Origin: an uncultured Acidobacteriota bacterium
Lineage (GTDB): Bacteria; Acidobacteriota; Polarisedimenticolia; JACPZX01; DASXTC01
Length of the DNA stretch: 64,000 nt
Direction: 5' to 3'
Assembly (NCBI GenBank): GCA_963806495.1
Contig: CAWDYA010000001.1
Location: 180,030 to 244,029 of the forward strand
The position numbers and the translations under genes are program-made. Below, one piece after another: positions 1-8,359 of the stretch (position 1 is its first letter; each line of letters begins with the position of its first letter). The notes beneath the pieces are model-generated. The model did not search any database. It had not been told where the DNA came from and saw nothing but the letters and a program-made list of their open reading frames with translations.

Positions 1-472
1 CCGGCTCGGCATCCATCTGCTGGCAGAGGCTGATGTATCGCATTCTCCGCGGGATATCGTAGTACCGCTCCATCGCCTCGAAGATGCGTGCCTCGGGCGC
101 CAGCCATGACTCGACCCGGCAGCTCGACACGAACGCCAGCTCGTCGAGGGCGGGCAGGTTCTTCGGCTCCACCATCGCCACCTGCAGCACCCGACCCTTC
201 AGATTGAGGGGGATGGCCTTGTGCTTCTCGACCACGGAGGCGGGGATGGCCTCGATCACCTTCGGGTCGATGTTGTGGAAGAGGCCGGGGTGGGCATACC
301 GGACGCCGAGCAGATCGGCCAGCACGCGCCCGAGGAGATGCTCGTCGACGTAGCCGAGCTCGATCAGGCAGGTGCCGAGATGCCCCCCGCAGATCATCTG
401 CGTCTCGAGAGCCTGCTTGAGCTGCTTCTCGTCGATGATCCCCTTGGCGACCAGTGCATCACCGAGTCTCAC
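1..472 (-). CDS. MshEN / T2SSE_N domain protein, c-di-GMP-binding type (3' end runs off the window)
   Basis: Not in the ORF track; translated by hand from GTG at 472 with GGAGG at 487-483: MRLGDALVAKGIIDEKQLKQALETQMICGGHLGTCLIELGYVDEHLLGRVLADL...VVEKHKAIPL...LQVAMVEP. Tandem RLGxxLxxxG...LxxALxxQ motif followed by the GspE N-domain. Confidence 0.85.
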   Translation of the reverse strand, partial: MRLGDALVAKGIIDEKQLKQALETQMICGGHLGTCLIELGYVDEHLLGRVLADLLGVRYAHPGLFHNIDPKVIEAIPASVVEKHKAIPLNLKGRVLQVAMVEPKNLPALDELAFVSSCRVESWLAPEARIFEAMERYYDIPRRMRYISLCQQMDAEP

Positions 473-601
473 GACCGACACACCTCCCGATGGTTCCGCC
501 GCCGGACGGAGGTCCCGACACCGGCAGAAGATGGTCGGTCCCGAAGGCCCCGTCAACCGGAGCAACCGGCCGCAGGGGCGCGAAGCCTCTTTCCTCTCTT
601 G

Positions 602-614
602 TATCAATCACTTA
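602..614 (+). promoter_or_regulatory. IHF-binding-site-like motif in the divergent intergenic region
   Basis: TATCAATCACTTA is an exact match to WATCAANNNNTTR, in an AT-rich patch. Confidence 0.5.
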
Positions 615-649
615 CGGTACAATCAGCGGGAAGCCGTCCCTCCCCGGGC

Positions 650-675
650 GAACTTTCCCGGCGTTTCTGCGTCAT
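650..675 (+). promoter_or_regulatory. ECF-type promoter, probably autoregulatory
   Basis: GAAC-N16-CGTCAT about 70 bp upstream of an ECF sigma gene; fits the AAC...CGT pattern of ECF promoters. Confidence 0.6.
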
Positions 676-745
676 CCTGTCCAGACGACGCAAAAGCGGC
701 GGCCCGGCCGGCGGCTCTGGCCGCCCCGGCTGACGAAAGGCCTGC

Positions 746-1318
746 ATGGAACTTGCACAGCTGCTGGAGCTCTGCAGGAAAGGCGACGCTCTCGCCTGGG
801 AGGCCCTCGTGCGCCGCTTCCAGTCGCGTGTCTACGGTCTCGCCTTCCACTACGTCCGTGACAGGGAGGAGGCGCGGGACCTGGCGCAGGAGGTGTTCGT
901 GAGGATCTACCAGAGGCTGGGCACCTACCGGGAGGACGACTCGTTTCTGCCCTGGATGCTCCGCGTGGCGCGCAACGTCTGCATCGATCACCTGCGGCGG
1001 ATGAAGGTACGCACCCCGGCGCATGGCGTGCCGATGGAGGACGCGCCGGAGCCGGTCGATCCGGGCCCGACGCCGCAGGCGGCCTGGGAGGCGGACGCGC
1101 GCAAGCAGCTCGTCTACCGGGCGATGCAGCACCTGAGCGAGATCTCCCGGGAGATGATCCTCCTCAAGGAGATCGAAGGGCTGCGGCTCGACGAGATCGC
1201 CTCCATGCTGGATCTGCCGCTGGGCACGGTGAAGTCGCGGTCCAACCGGGCGCGGCTCGAGCTCGCGCGCGCCGTGCTGTCGCTCGAATCACCGGCCGGG
1301 GAAGGCCTGCCATGCTGA
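746..1318 (+). CDS. ECF RNA polymerase sigma factor
   Basis: Region 2: ARDLAQEVFVRIY...FLPWMLRVARNVCIDHLRR. Region 4: LDEIASMLDLPLGTVKSRSNRAR. Confidence 0.95.
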   Translation: MELAQLLELCRKGDALAWEALVRRFQSRVYGLAFHYVRDREEARDLAQEVFVRIYQRLGTYREDDSFLPWMLRVARNVCIDHLRRMKVRTPAHGVPMEDAPEPVDPGPTPQAAWEADARKQLVYRAMQHLSEISREMILLKEIEGLRLDEIASMLDLPLGTVKSRSNRARLELARAVLSLESPAGEGLPC

Positions 1319-1337
1319 AGACATCGGGGTGGAGATC

Positions 1338-2259
1338 ATGAGCTGCCGCTGGCTCGAGGACCGGCTCGAGGGATACATCGAAGAGACGCTGGGCGAGGCC
1401 GAGCGTGTCGCCGCCGCGGCCCATCTGGAAGGCTGCCCGCGCTGCCGCGAGCTGGTGTCGCTGGTGCGCGGCGAACTCGACCTCTCACTTCAGCCGCCCG
1501 GAGGCGACGCCGCCCTCACCGCGTCGATCCTCGAGAGCACCAGCGGGCGGGCCTGCGACACGGCGCTGGATCGCCTGTGCGATCGGATCGACGGGACGCT
1601 CGACGCGCGAAGCGACGAATCTGGTCGGGATGCACCTGCAGCACTGCACCGGCTGCCGGGAGATGGCCCGCACGCTGGCAATGCTTTCGCAGACGCTGCC
1701 GGAGATGGCGGAGATCAGGCCCGACCCGGGGTTCGTGGCCGACGTGGTGCGGGCGACCTCGCGCCCGGCCACGGGGCTCGCTGGCCTGCTGGCGAGGATG
1801 CGCGGACGAATCGCGGCGCTGCTGGCCCGCCCCCGCTTCCCGATGGAGGCGGCCTACGCGGGCATGGTCGTGGTCTGGCTGCTCGCGGGCACCTCGATCT
1901 CCCCGCTGCGCGGTCTGCCCGGACGGGCTCTGGAGCTGACGCGGGTGAATCCGGTGCAGGTCGTCGAGGACGTCGTGGAGCCGGCCTCGGTGGGGAAGAA
2001 GGTCTGGGACCGCACAGGCGAGCCGGTGCTGGCGAAGGCCCGTGCCTCCGAGCCGATCTGGAGGACGAGGCTTCGCGACGCCGCCGGCGCCTCGCGCACT
2101 CTCGGTACCGACTGCGTGGGCCTGCTCGGCGCGGCTGTGTCGGGCGATCTCGACTCGGGCGCCACGTATCTGAACCGTATGGGAACCGACATCAAATCGA
2201 TCTGGAAGGGGCTGACCCGCCCCGCGAACGAGGCCGGTGCGCCGGCCCAGGAGGCCTGA
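1338..2259 (+). CDS. Membrane-anchored anti-sigma factor with two zf-HC2 (ZAS) domains; +1 frameshift near 1618
   Basis: HLEGCPRC lies in the 1329 frame; HLQHCTGC plus a TM (YAGMVVVWLLAG) lies in the 1405 frame. Removing one A from GAATC at 1617-1621 joins them (DARSDDLVGMHL). Confidence 0.85.
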
Positions 2260-2838
2260 ATGGAACAGCAGCAGAGCATGGCATCACAGACACCACCGGC
2301 CGGCATGGCGACGCCGCCGCCGCACGCACCCGCGCGGGAGCCGTACCGGGACTCCTCGTACCGGTACGATCCGCGCAGCAAGTCGCCGTTGCTGGCGTTC
2401 CTGCTCTCGGCCATGCCGGGTCTCGGGCAGGTGTACGTCGGCTACTACCAGCGCGGGTTCATCCACATCCTCGTGGTGGGCAGCCTCATCGCCCTGCTCG
2501 CCGGGGAGGTGATCCCGGATTTGATTCCACTGATGGGGATCTTCCTGGCCTTCTTCTGGCTGTACAACTGCATCGACGCGGCTCGCCGGGCATCGCTGTA
2601 CAACCAGGCGCTGGCCGGTGCCAGCCCGATCCAGCCACCCGACGACATCATCACGAGCGGCGCGGCCGGCTCGGTGCTCGGCGGCGTGGTGCTGATCGCC
2701 GGCGGATTCCTGCTGCTCCTGCACACCCGCTTCGATCTGTCGCTCGCGTGGCTGAAGGACTGGTGGCCTGTGATCCCGATGCTGTTCGGCGTCTACCTGG
2801 TGCTCAAGAGCATTTACGCCCGTGCGGCGCGGGACTGA
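2260..2838 (+). CDS. Membrane protein with a TM2-like region and a LiaF/DUF5668-like C-terminal TM domain
   Basis: KSPLLAFLLSAMPGLGQVYVG and WLKDWWPVIPMLFGVYLV; abuts the anti-sigma stop. Confidence 0.75.
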   Translation: MEQQQSMASQTPPAGMATPPPHAPAREPYRDSSYRYDPRSKSPLLAFLLSAMPGLGQVYVGYYQRGFIHILVVGSLIALLAGEVIPDLIPLMGIFLAFFWLYNCIDAARRASLYNQALAGASPIQPPDDIITSGAAGSVLGGVVLIAGGFLLLLHTRFDLSLAWLKDWWPVIPMLFGVYLVLKSIYARAARD

Positions 2839-3388
2839 CCGGGGCGAGGATGCCGCGCGACCAGAGCATCGCGAAGAACACGCCCACCAGCGTGCCCGAG
2901 ATGTGGAAGAGGTTGGCCAGCACCAGCGCGGTCAGCGGATTCCCACGGTACCCGGACGCGTACACCAGGAGGGTCATCACGACCGGCACGACGACCCACA
3001 TGACGGTCAGGACCGCCGCGTCCCTGCCGGGCTGTTCCTCGCGGCGACGGCGCCGGGCGACGAACAGGATCGGCGCGTATGCCCAGATGACACCGGAAGC
3101 ACCGTGGCCGTCGACGGAAGGAACCAGGTGGGCGACGGCGTAGGCGCCCATGGCGCAGACGGTCACGAGGGTGAAGCGCGCCGGCCCGACCAGCCGCTCG
3201 ACGGGCGCCGCGCACACGGCCAGCAGCACGAGGCTGAACCCGAGGTGCACCGGGGCCGGCAGCCCCGGGAAGCCGTGCTGGAACGCGAGCGTGAGCCGCT
3301 GCCACGGCGAGGCGAGCGGCTTCAAGCCGCCGATCATCGAGTACAGCCCCGGCTCGAACATCGTCGCCACCGACACCACGACGCACAC
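2804..3388 (-). CDS. Rhomboid-family intramembrane serine protease
   Basis: WQRLTLAFQH, HLGFS, VERLVG, catalytic GASG and HISG. The start may lie further upstream (about 3430). Confidence 0.8.
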   Translation of the reverse strand: MCVVVSVATMFEPGLYSMIGGLKPLASPWQRLTLAFQHGFPGLPAPVHLGFSLVLLAVCAAPVERLVGPARFTLVTVCAMGAYAVAHLVPSVDGHGASGVIWAYAPILFVARRRRREEQPGRDAAVLTVMWVVVPVVMTLLVYASGYRGNPLTALVLANLFHISGTLVGVFFAMLWSRGILAPVSPAPHGRKCS

Positions 3389-3426
3389 CGCCGCGAAGAC
3401 CCACGTGACGACCGGCGCCCTCCCCG

Positions 3427-5412
3427 TCAGGGTTGATCCTCGGCCGTCTTCTCGCCGAGCAGATACCGCTCCAGGAAGAGACTGACCGCGGCCTGGTAGT
3501 AATCGCTGTTCGGCTTCTTGCGGAAGCCGTGCCCCTCGTCTTTCGCCAGCATGTACCAGACCAGACCGCCGTTGCTGCGGATCTCCTCCACCATCTGCTC
3601 GCTCTCGCCCACCGGCACGCGCGGGTCGTTGAGCCCCTGCGCGATGAACATCGGCTTCGTGATCTTCTCCGCGCTGTTGGCCGGCGAGATACGCTCGAGG
3701 TACGCCCTCATCTCGGCGTCCCGCTCATCGCCGTACTCGACGCGCCTCAGGTCCCGGCGGTAGTCCCTGGTGTTCTTCAGAAAGGACAGAAAATTGCTGA
3801 TCCCGACGATGTCCACGCCCGCCCGGAGCCGGTCGTTGTAATGCACCATCGACGCGAGCACCATGTACCCGCCGTACGAGCCGCCGTACACAGCCGTGCG
3901 ATCCTGGTCAAGCTCCGGCCGCGACGCCACCCAGTCCAGGAGGCTGCCGATGTCCTTCACCGAGTTCTCGCGGTCGAAGCCGTTGTCGAGCTTCAGATAG
4001 CTCTTGCCGTAGCCGCTCGAGCCGCGCACGTTGGGGGTGAGCACCGCGACGCCCAGCTCGTTGACCCAGTACTGGATGGTGGCGCTGAAGAACGGCCGCG
4101 CCTGCGACTCGGGACCACCGTGGATGCTCACGATGACCGGGAACGGGCCCTTGCCCTCCGGCCTGTAGTAGAAGGCCGGGATCTCGCGCGGCTTCCCGTC
4201 CACCGTGTCGAACGTCGGGTAGTGGATGAGCTCCGGCGTGACGAACGTGGAGGCGTCGAGCCCCCCCACCTCGCTTGCCGTCCATCGCGTCAGACGGCCC
4301 GACGCCACCTCCACCGAGTAGACATCCCCCGGTGTCTGCGGCGTGTTGAGGGTCATGCCGAGCCGGTCGCCGCTCGCGTCGAAGGCGAGGGTGGTGACCT
4401 CGCCCACAGGAAGGTCGGGCACGGGCAGCGCCCGCCGCGTGCGAAGCTCCATCAGATGCAGCTTCGCGATTCCGTCCTCGTTCACCACATAGACCAGACG
4501 CCGGCCGTCTCTCGACAGATCGAAGTCGCTCACGTCCCACGGGATGCTCGCGGTGAGAACGTCGGTCTTCTTCGTGGACAGGTCGTAGCGCTGCAGGCGA
4601 TGGAACTCGGAGCCCTGGTCCGATGTAAGCCAGATCCCCTTGCCGTCGCGCGAGAACTTCGCGGTGCCGTAGTCGATCTTCTCGTCGCCCGGATTGACCG
4701 GGGTGAGCGCCCCGGTCGTCGTGTCGGCGATCCAGAGATAGCTCTCGTTGGCCGACACCAGGTTCATCACCAGCAGCTTCGTGTCGTCGGGCGACCAGTC
4801 GAGCGGCACCCAGGCCCCCTCCTTCTCCAGAAGCGGCGTCGAGCGGCCCGGCTCGCGGATGTCGGCGACGTGGATGTCCCAGTCACGGCCGTTGCGCAGC
4901 GTCGTGTACCAGGCGTATCGGTGGCCGTCGTTGGCCCAGACCGCGGCGCCGTTTCTCGAGCGGCCGTCGGTGAGCATCCGGTCGCGCCCGGTCTTCAGAT
5001 CGTGGAAGAAGAGCTGGTAGTTCTCCCCACCGCCCACGTCCTTGGAGAAGATGAAGCCGTGAACCTCGGCGCTCGGGCTGGGCACGGCGCTGGACACCGG
5101 CTCGTCGAAGAACGTGATCTGGCTGCGGGCGCCACCGGGCTCCGCCACGTGATGGATCTGGCTCACGTCGGCGAACCGGGTGGCGATCAGCATCCCCGGT
5201 CCCTCGGGATCCCATCCCTGCAGCGACGCCGAGCGGATGTTCAGATAGGGCCGCATCCGCTCGGTGACCCGCTCGGGTAGCTCGGGTATCCCCTCGATGG
5301 CCAGGTTGCCGCGCTCCACCCGGACGACGGCCTCGGACGCGACGGCGGGAACGCACCACGCGCCTGCCGCCAGCAGAACCGCAACGAGAACAAGTATGGA
5401 TTTGACGCGCAT
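3427..5412 (-). CDS. S9 family (prolyl oligopeptidase/acylaminoacyl peptidase-like) secreted peptidase
   Basis: Signal peptide, beta-propeller repeats, IHGGPE, GGSYGG, NDPRVP, DEGHGF. Confidence 0.95.
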   Translation of the reverse strand: MRVKSILVLVAVLLAAGAWCVPAVASEAVVRVERGNLAIEGIPELPERVTERMRPYLNIRSASLQGWDPEGPGMLIATRFADVSQIHHVAEPGGARSQITFFDEPVSSAVPSPSAEVHGFIFSKDVGGGENYQLFFHDLKTGRDRMLTDGRSRNGAAVWANDGHRYAWYTTLRNGRDWDIHVADIREPGRSTPLLEKEGAWVPLDWSPDDTKLLVMNLVSANESYLWIADTTTGALTPVNPGDEKIDYGTAKFSRDGKGIWLTSDQGSEFHRLQRYDLSTKKTDVLTASIPWDVSDFDLSRDGRRLVYVVNEDGIAKLHLMELRTRRALPVPDLPVGEVTTLAFDASGDRLGMTLNTPQTPGDVYSVEVASGRLTRWTASEVGGLDASTFVTPELIHYPTFDTVDGKPREIPAFYYRPEGKGPFPVIVSIHGGPESQARPFFSATIQYWVNELGVAVLTPNVRGSSGYGKSYLKLDNGFDRENSVKDIGSLLDWVASRPELDQDRTAVYGGSYGGYMVLASMVHYNDRLRAGVDIVGISNFLSFLKNTRDYRRDLRRVEYGDERDAEMRAYLERISPANSAEKITKPMFIAQGLNDPRVPVGESEQMVEEIRSNGGLVWYMLAKDEGHGFRKKPNSDYYQAAVSLFLERYLLGEKTAEDQP

Positions 5413-5422
5413 GGCCGCCTCC

Positions 5423-8179
5423 TCACTTCGCGACGACCGGGTTGCCGTCGGCGTCGATCAGATGGATCGCACCCAGCCCCAGGTCGCGGATGCCCGCTTC
5501 GATCTTCTCTCGATCACCCACCACCACCCAGACCAGACGCCCCGGCTCGAGAACCTGCTTCGCCGCGGCCGCCACGGCGGCCTGATCGAGCGCCTTCACC
5601 GTGTCGGCGTAGCTCTGCCAGTAGTCGTCGGGCAGGCCGAACTGGACGATCTCCTCGATCGAGTTGACGATGGATCCCGATGTCTCCCACCGGCCGGGCA
5701 GCGTCAATGTGCTCTTGTCCTTGATCGTCGCCACCTCGTCCTCGGTGGGCGGCTCGCCGCCGATGATCCCCTCCAGCTCCTTCTGGATCTCGTGCATCGA
5801 CTCGCTGGTCTTGTCGGTCTGCACGGGGGCCCGCACGATGAACGGCCGCTGGCCGCGCGCGTCGACGATCAGGCTGCGCGCCCCGTACGACCAGTGCTTG
5901 TCCTCGCGCAGGTTCATGTTGATCCGCGCCGTGAAGCTGCCACCCAGCACGCCGTTCATCGCGTCGATCGCGATATCGTGCGGGTCGGACTTGGGCGGTA
6001 CCACCTCGCCGGCGACGATCATCGACTGGATCGAGCCGGGCCGGTCGATCAGGTACACCTGCGACGAGGCCTTCGGCTCGACGTGCGCCAGATTCTTCAC
6101 CGGCACGTCGCCCTTCTTCCAGCCTCCCAGCAGCCGCTCGAGCGCCGGCTGGATCTCCTGCAGCGTCGTGTCGCCCACGACGATCAGCGTGGCGTTGTTC
6201 GGCCTGAACCAGGCATTGTGGAACGCGGCGAGATCGTCACGTCCGATCCGCCCCACCGAGTCGAGCGTCCCCGAGCCGGTGAACGAGACACCATAGGCGT
6301 GTCCCTTGCCGTACAGCAGCTCGGGCATCACCCGCTGCACGATCTGGAACGGGCTCGACTTCTCCCGCTTGATCTCCGCGAGACGGTCCTTCTTGACACG
6401 CGCGAACTCCTTCTGTGCGAAGGATGGGTTCAGGATGACGTCGCTGTAGATGTCGAGCGACGGCCCGAGGTTCTCCTTCAGCGCGGTCATGCTGACGCTC
6501 GAGGTGTCGAGCGTGGAGTCGGTGTCCAGGCTGGCGCCGAGCCTTTCCAGCGCGTCGCTGATCTCCAGCGCGGAGCGCGTCGTCGTCCCCTCGTCGAGCA
6601 TGTCCAGGGTCAGGCTCGCGGTGCCGGGAATCCCCTTCTGGTCGGCGGCATAGCCGGCGTCCATCACCAGATCGAAATGCACCATCGGCACGGCGTGCCG
6701 CTCGGTCACGATCAGCTTGAGCCCGTTGGACAGCGTCGCCCGCTTCATCTGCGGGAAGGTCACCTCGGGCCAGGACTTCGGCTCGGGCAGCTTCGACCGA
6801 TCCACCGAGGTCTCGATCGTCTTGTAGTCAGGGAACGGATGCACCTCGAGCACGAACACGCCGTCGGACAGCCAGCGCGAGGCCGCGCCCTGAAGGTCCG
6901 TCGCCGTGGCCTTCGCCACCCGGTCCAGACGCGTCCTGTAATAGCCCGGGTCGCCCGCGTACACCTCGCCCTGGGCGAGGATGTCCGACGTGCCGCCGAA
7001 CCCGCCGATCCGCTCGATGCCGCGGATGAAGTCGGCGCGGTACTCCGTCTTGACCCGCTCCAGCTCGGCCGACGTCGGCCCGCCGGCGATGAACCGGGCC
7101 ATCTCCTCGTCGAGCGCCTTCTCCACGGTCGCGAGATCCTGGCCTGGCTGCGCCGTGGCGGAGACCACGAACAGACTGCCCAGCTCGCGCGAGTAGACGA
7201 ACGCCCGCGCGTCGGTGGCGATCTGGTCGTCATAGACGAGCCTCTTGTACAGACGCGAGGACTTGCCGCTCGTCAGAACGCTCGAGACGAGGTCCAGCAG
7301 CTCGTTGTCGGGCGAGGTCACCTCGGGGACGTTCCAGACCTTGTAGATCCGCGCCTGCGGCACCCGGTCCTCGAGCACCTCGCGATGCTCGCCCCTGCGC
7401 TTTGCGATCCAGACCTGCTGGCGGTTGACCGGCGGCCCCGAGGGGATGTCGCCGAAGTACTCCTCCACCTTCTTGTGAACGGTCTCGGTGTCGATGTCGC
7501 CCGCGATCGAGAGCACCGCGTTGGCGGCGCCGTAGTACGTCTTGAACCACTCGTGGACGTCCTCGAGGCTGGCCGCGTCGAGGTCCGCCATCGACCCGAT
7601 CACCGACCAGGAGTAGGGATGCCCGGCCGGGTAGGTCCCCTCGAAGATCAACCGGAACGCCTGCCCGTAGGGCTGGTTCTCCCCCTGCCGCTTCTCGTTC
7701 TGCACCACGCCGCGCTGCTCATCGAGCTTGGCCTGGTCGATCGCGCCGAGCAGGTGGCCCATCCGGTCCGACTCCATCCACAGCGCCGTGTCGAGCGCGG
7801 TGTTGGCGACGTTCTCGAAATAGTTGGTCCGGTCGAAGTTGGTGGTGCCGTTCATGTTCGTGGCGCCGATCCGGTCGAACGGCTTGAAGTAGTCGTCGTT
7901 GTAGTTCTCGCTGCCGTTGAACATCAGATGCTCGAACAGGTGGGCGAAGCCGGTCTTGCCGGGCTTTTCGTTCTTGGAGCCGACGTGGTACCAGACGTTC
8001 ACCGCGACGATGGGGGCCTTGTGGTCCTCATGGACGATCAGGGTCAGCCCGTTGTCCAGCACGAACTTCTTGTATGGGATGTCGATCGGCGCGGCCAGCA
8101 CCACGCCCAGCGTCATCGTCATGACGACGATCGCGGCGACCGGGACCCTCCTCATCGGCTTCATCATCCGTTCCCCCAT
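5423..8179 (-). CDS. M16 family zinc protease (pitrilysin/PqqL-like, fused two-half)
   Basis: GFAHLFEHLMF (HxxEH), NGTTNFDRTNY, second inactive half (NLREDKHWSYG). The start may be about 8167. Confidence 0.95.
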   Translation of the reverse strand: MGERMMKPMRRVPVAAIVVMTMTLGVVLAAPIDIPYKKFVLDNGLTLIVHEDHKAPIVAVNVWYHVGSKNEKPGKTGFAHLFEHLMFNGSENYNDDYFKPFDRIGATNMNGTTNFDRTNYFENVANTALDTALWMESDRMGHLLGAIDQAKLDEQRGVVQNEKRQGENQPYGQAFRLIFEGTYPAGHPYSWSVIGSMADLDAASLEDVHEWFKTYYGAANAVLSIAGDIDTETVHKKVEEYFGDIPSGPPVNRQQVWIAKRRGEHREVLEDRVPQARIYKVWNVPEVTSPDNELLDLVSSVLTSGKSSRLYKRLVYDDQIATDARAFVYSRELGSLFVVSATAQPGQDLATVEKALDEEMARFIAGGPTSAELERVKTEYRADFIRGIERIGGFGGTSDILAQGEVYAGDPGYYRTRLDRVAKATATDLQGAASRWLSDGVFVLEVHPFPDYKTIETSVDRSKLPEPKSWPEVTFPQMKRATLSNGLKLIVTERHAVPMVHFDLVMDAGYAADQKGIPGTASLTLDMLDEGTTTRSALEISDALERLGASLDTDSTLDTSSVSMTALKENLGPSLDIYSDVILNPSFAQKEFARVKKDRLAEIKREKSSPFQIVQRVMPELLYGKGHAYGVSFTGSGTLDSVGRIGRDDLAAFHNAWFRPNNATLIVVGDTTLQEIQPALERLLGGWKKGDVPVKNLAHVEPKASSQVYLIDRPGSIQSMIVAGEVVPPKSDPHDIAIDAMNGVLGGSFTARINMNLREDKHWSYGARSLIVDARGQRPFIVRAPVQTDKTSESMHEIQKELEGIIGGEPPTEDEVATIKDKSTLTLPGRWETSGSIVNSIEEIVQFGLPDDYWQSYADTVKALDQAAVAAAAKQVLEPGRLVWVVVGDREKIEAGIRDLGLGAIHLIDADGNPVVAK

Positions 8180-8359
8180 TCAAATGGGACCGCGGGCCGG
8201 ACGCCGGCCGGCGGTCGGGCCGCCCTGTGCATCGCGGGCGAGCCTCGCATTCATGATGTCGTTATGGCAGGATTTCGGTCCTGCGTGCCTGTCGGGATGT
8301 CTGGTGAGTTTAGCACCGTTCGGCCCGGCGGCTCCCCTTCGTCTCAGGAGATGGAAACC

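Noticed and set aside
742-757. Sigma54-like TGCATGGAACTTGC
   Set aside because: It lacks the invariant -24 GG and overlaps the sigma start codon.
5264-8359. 5' half of the 1851 aa ORF, suggesting a giant fusion protein
   Set aside because: It is the antisense shadow of the M16 gene. The real gene starts near 8360 with an RBS and signal peptide.
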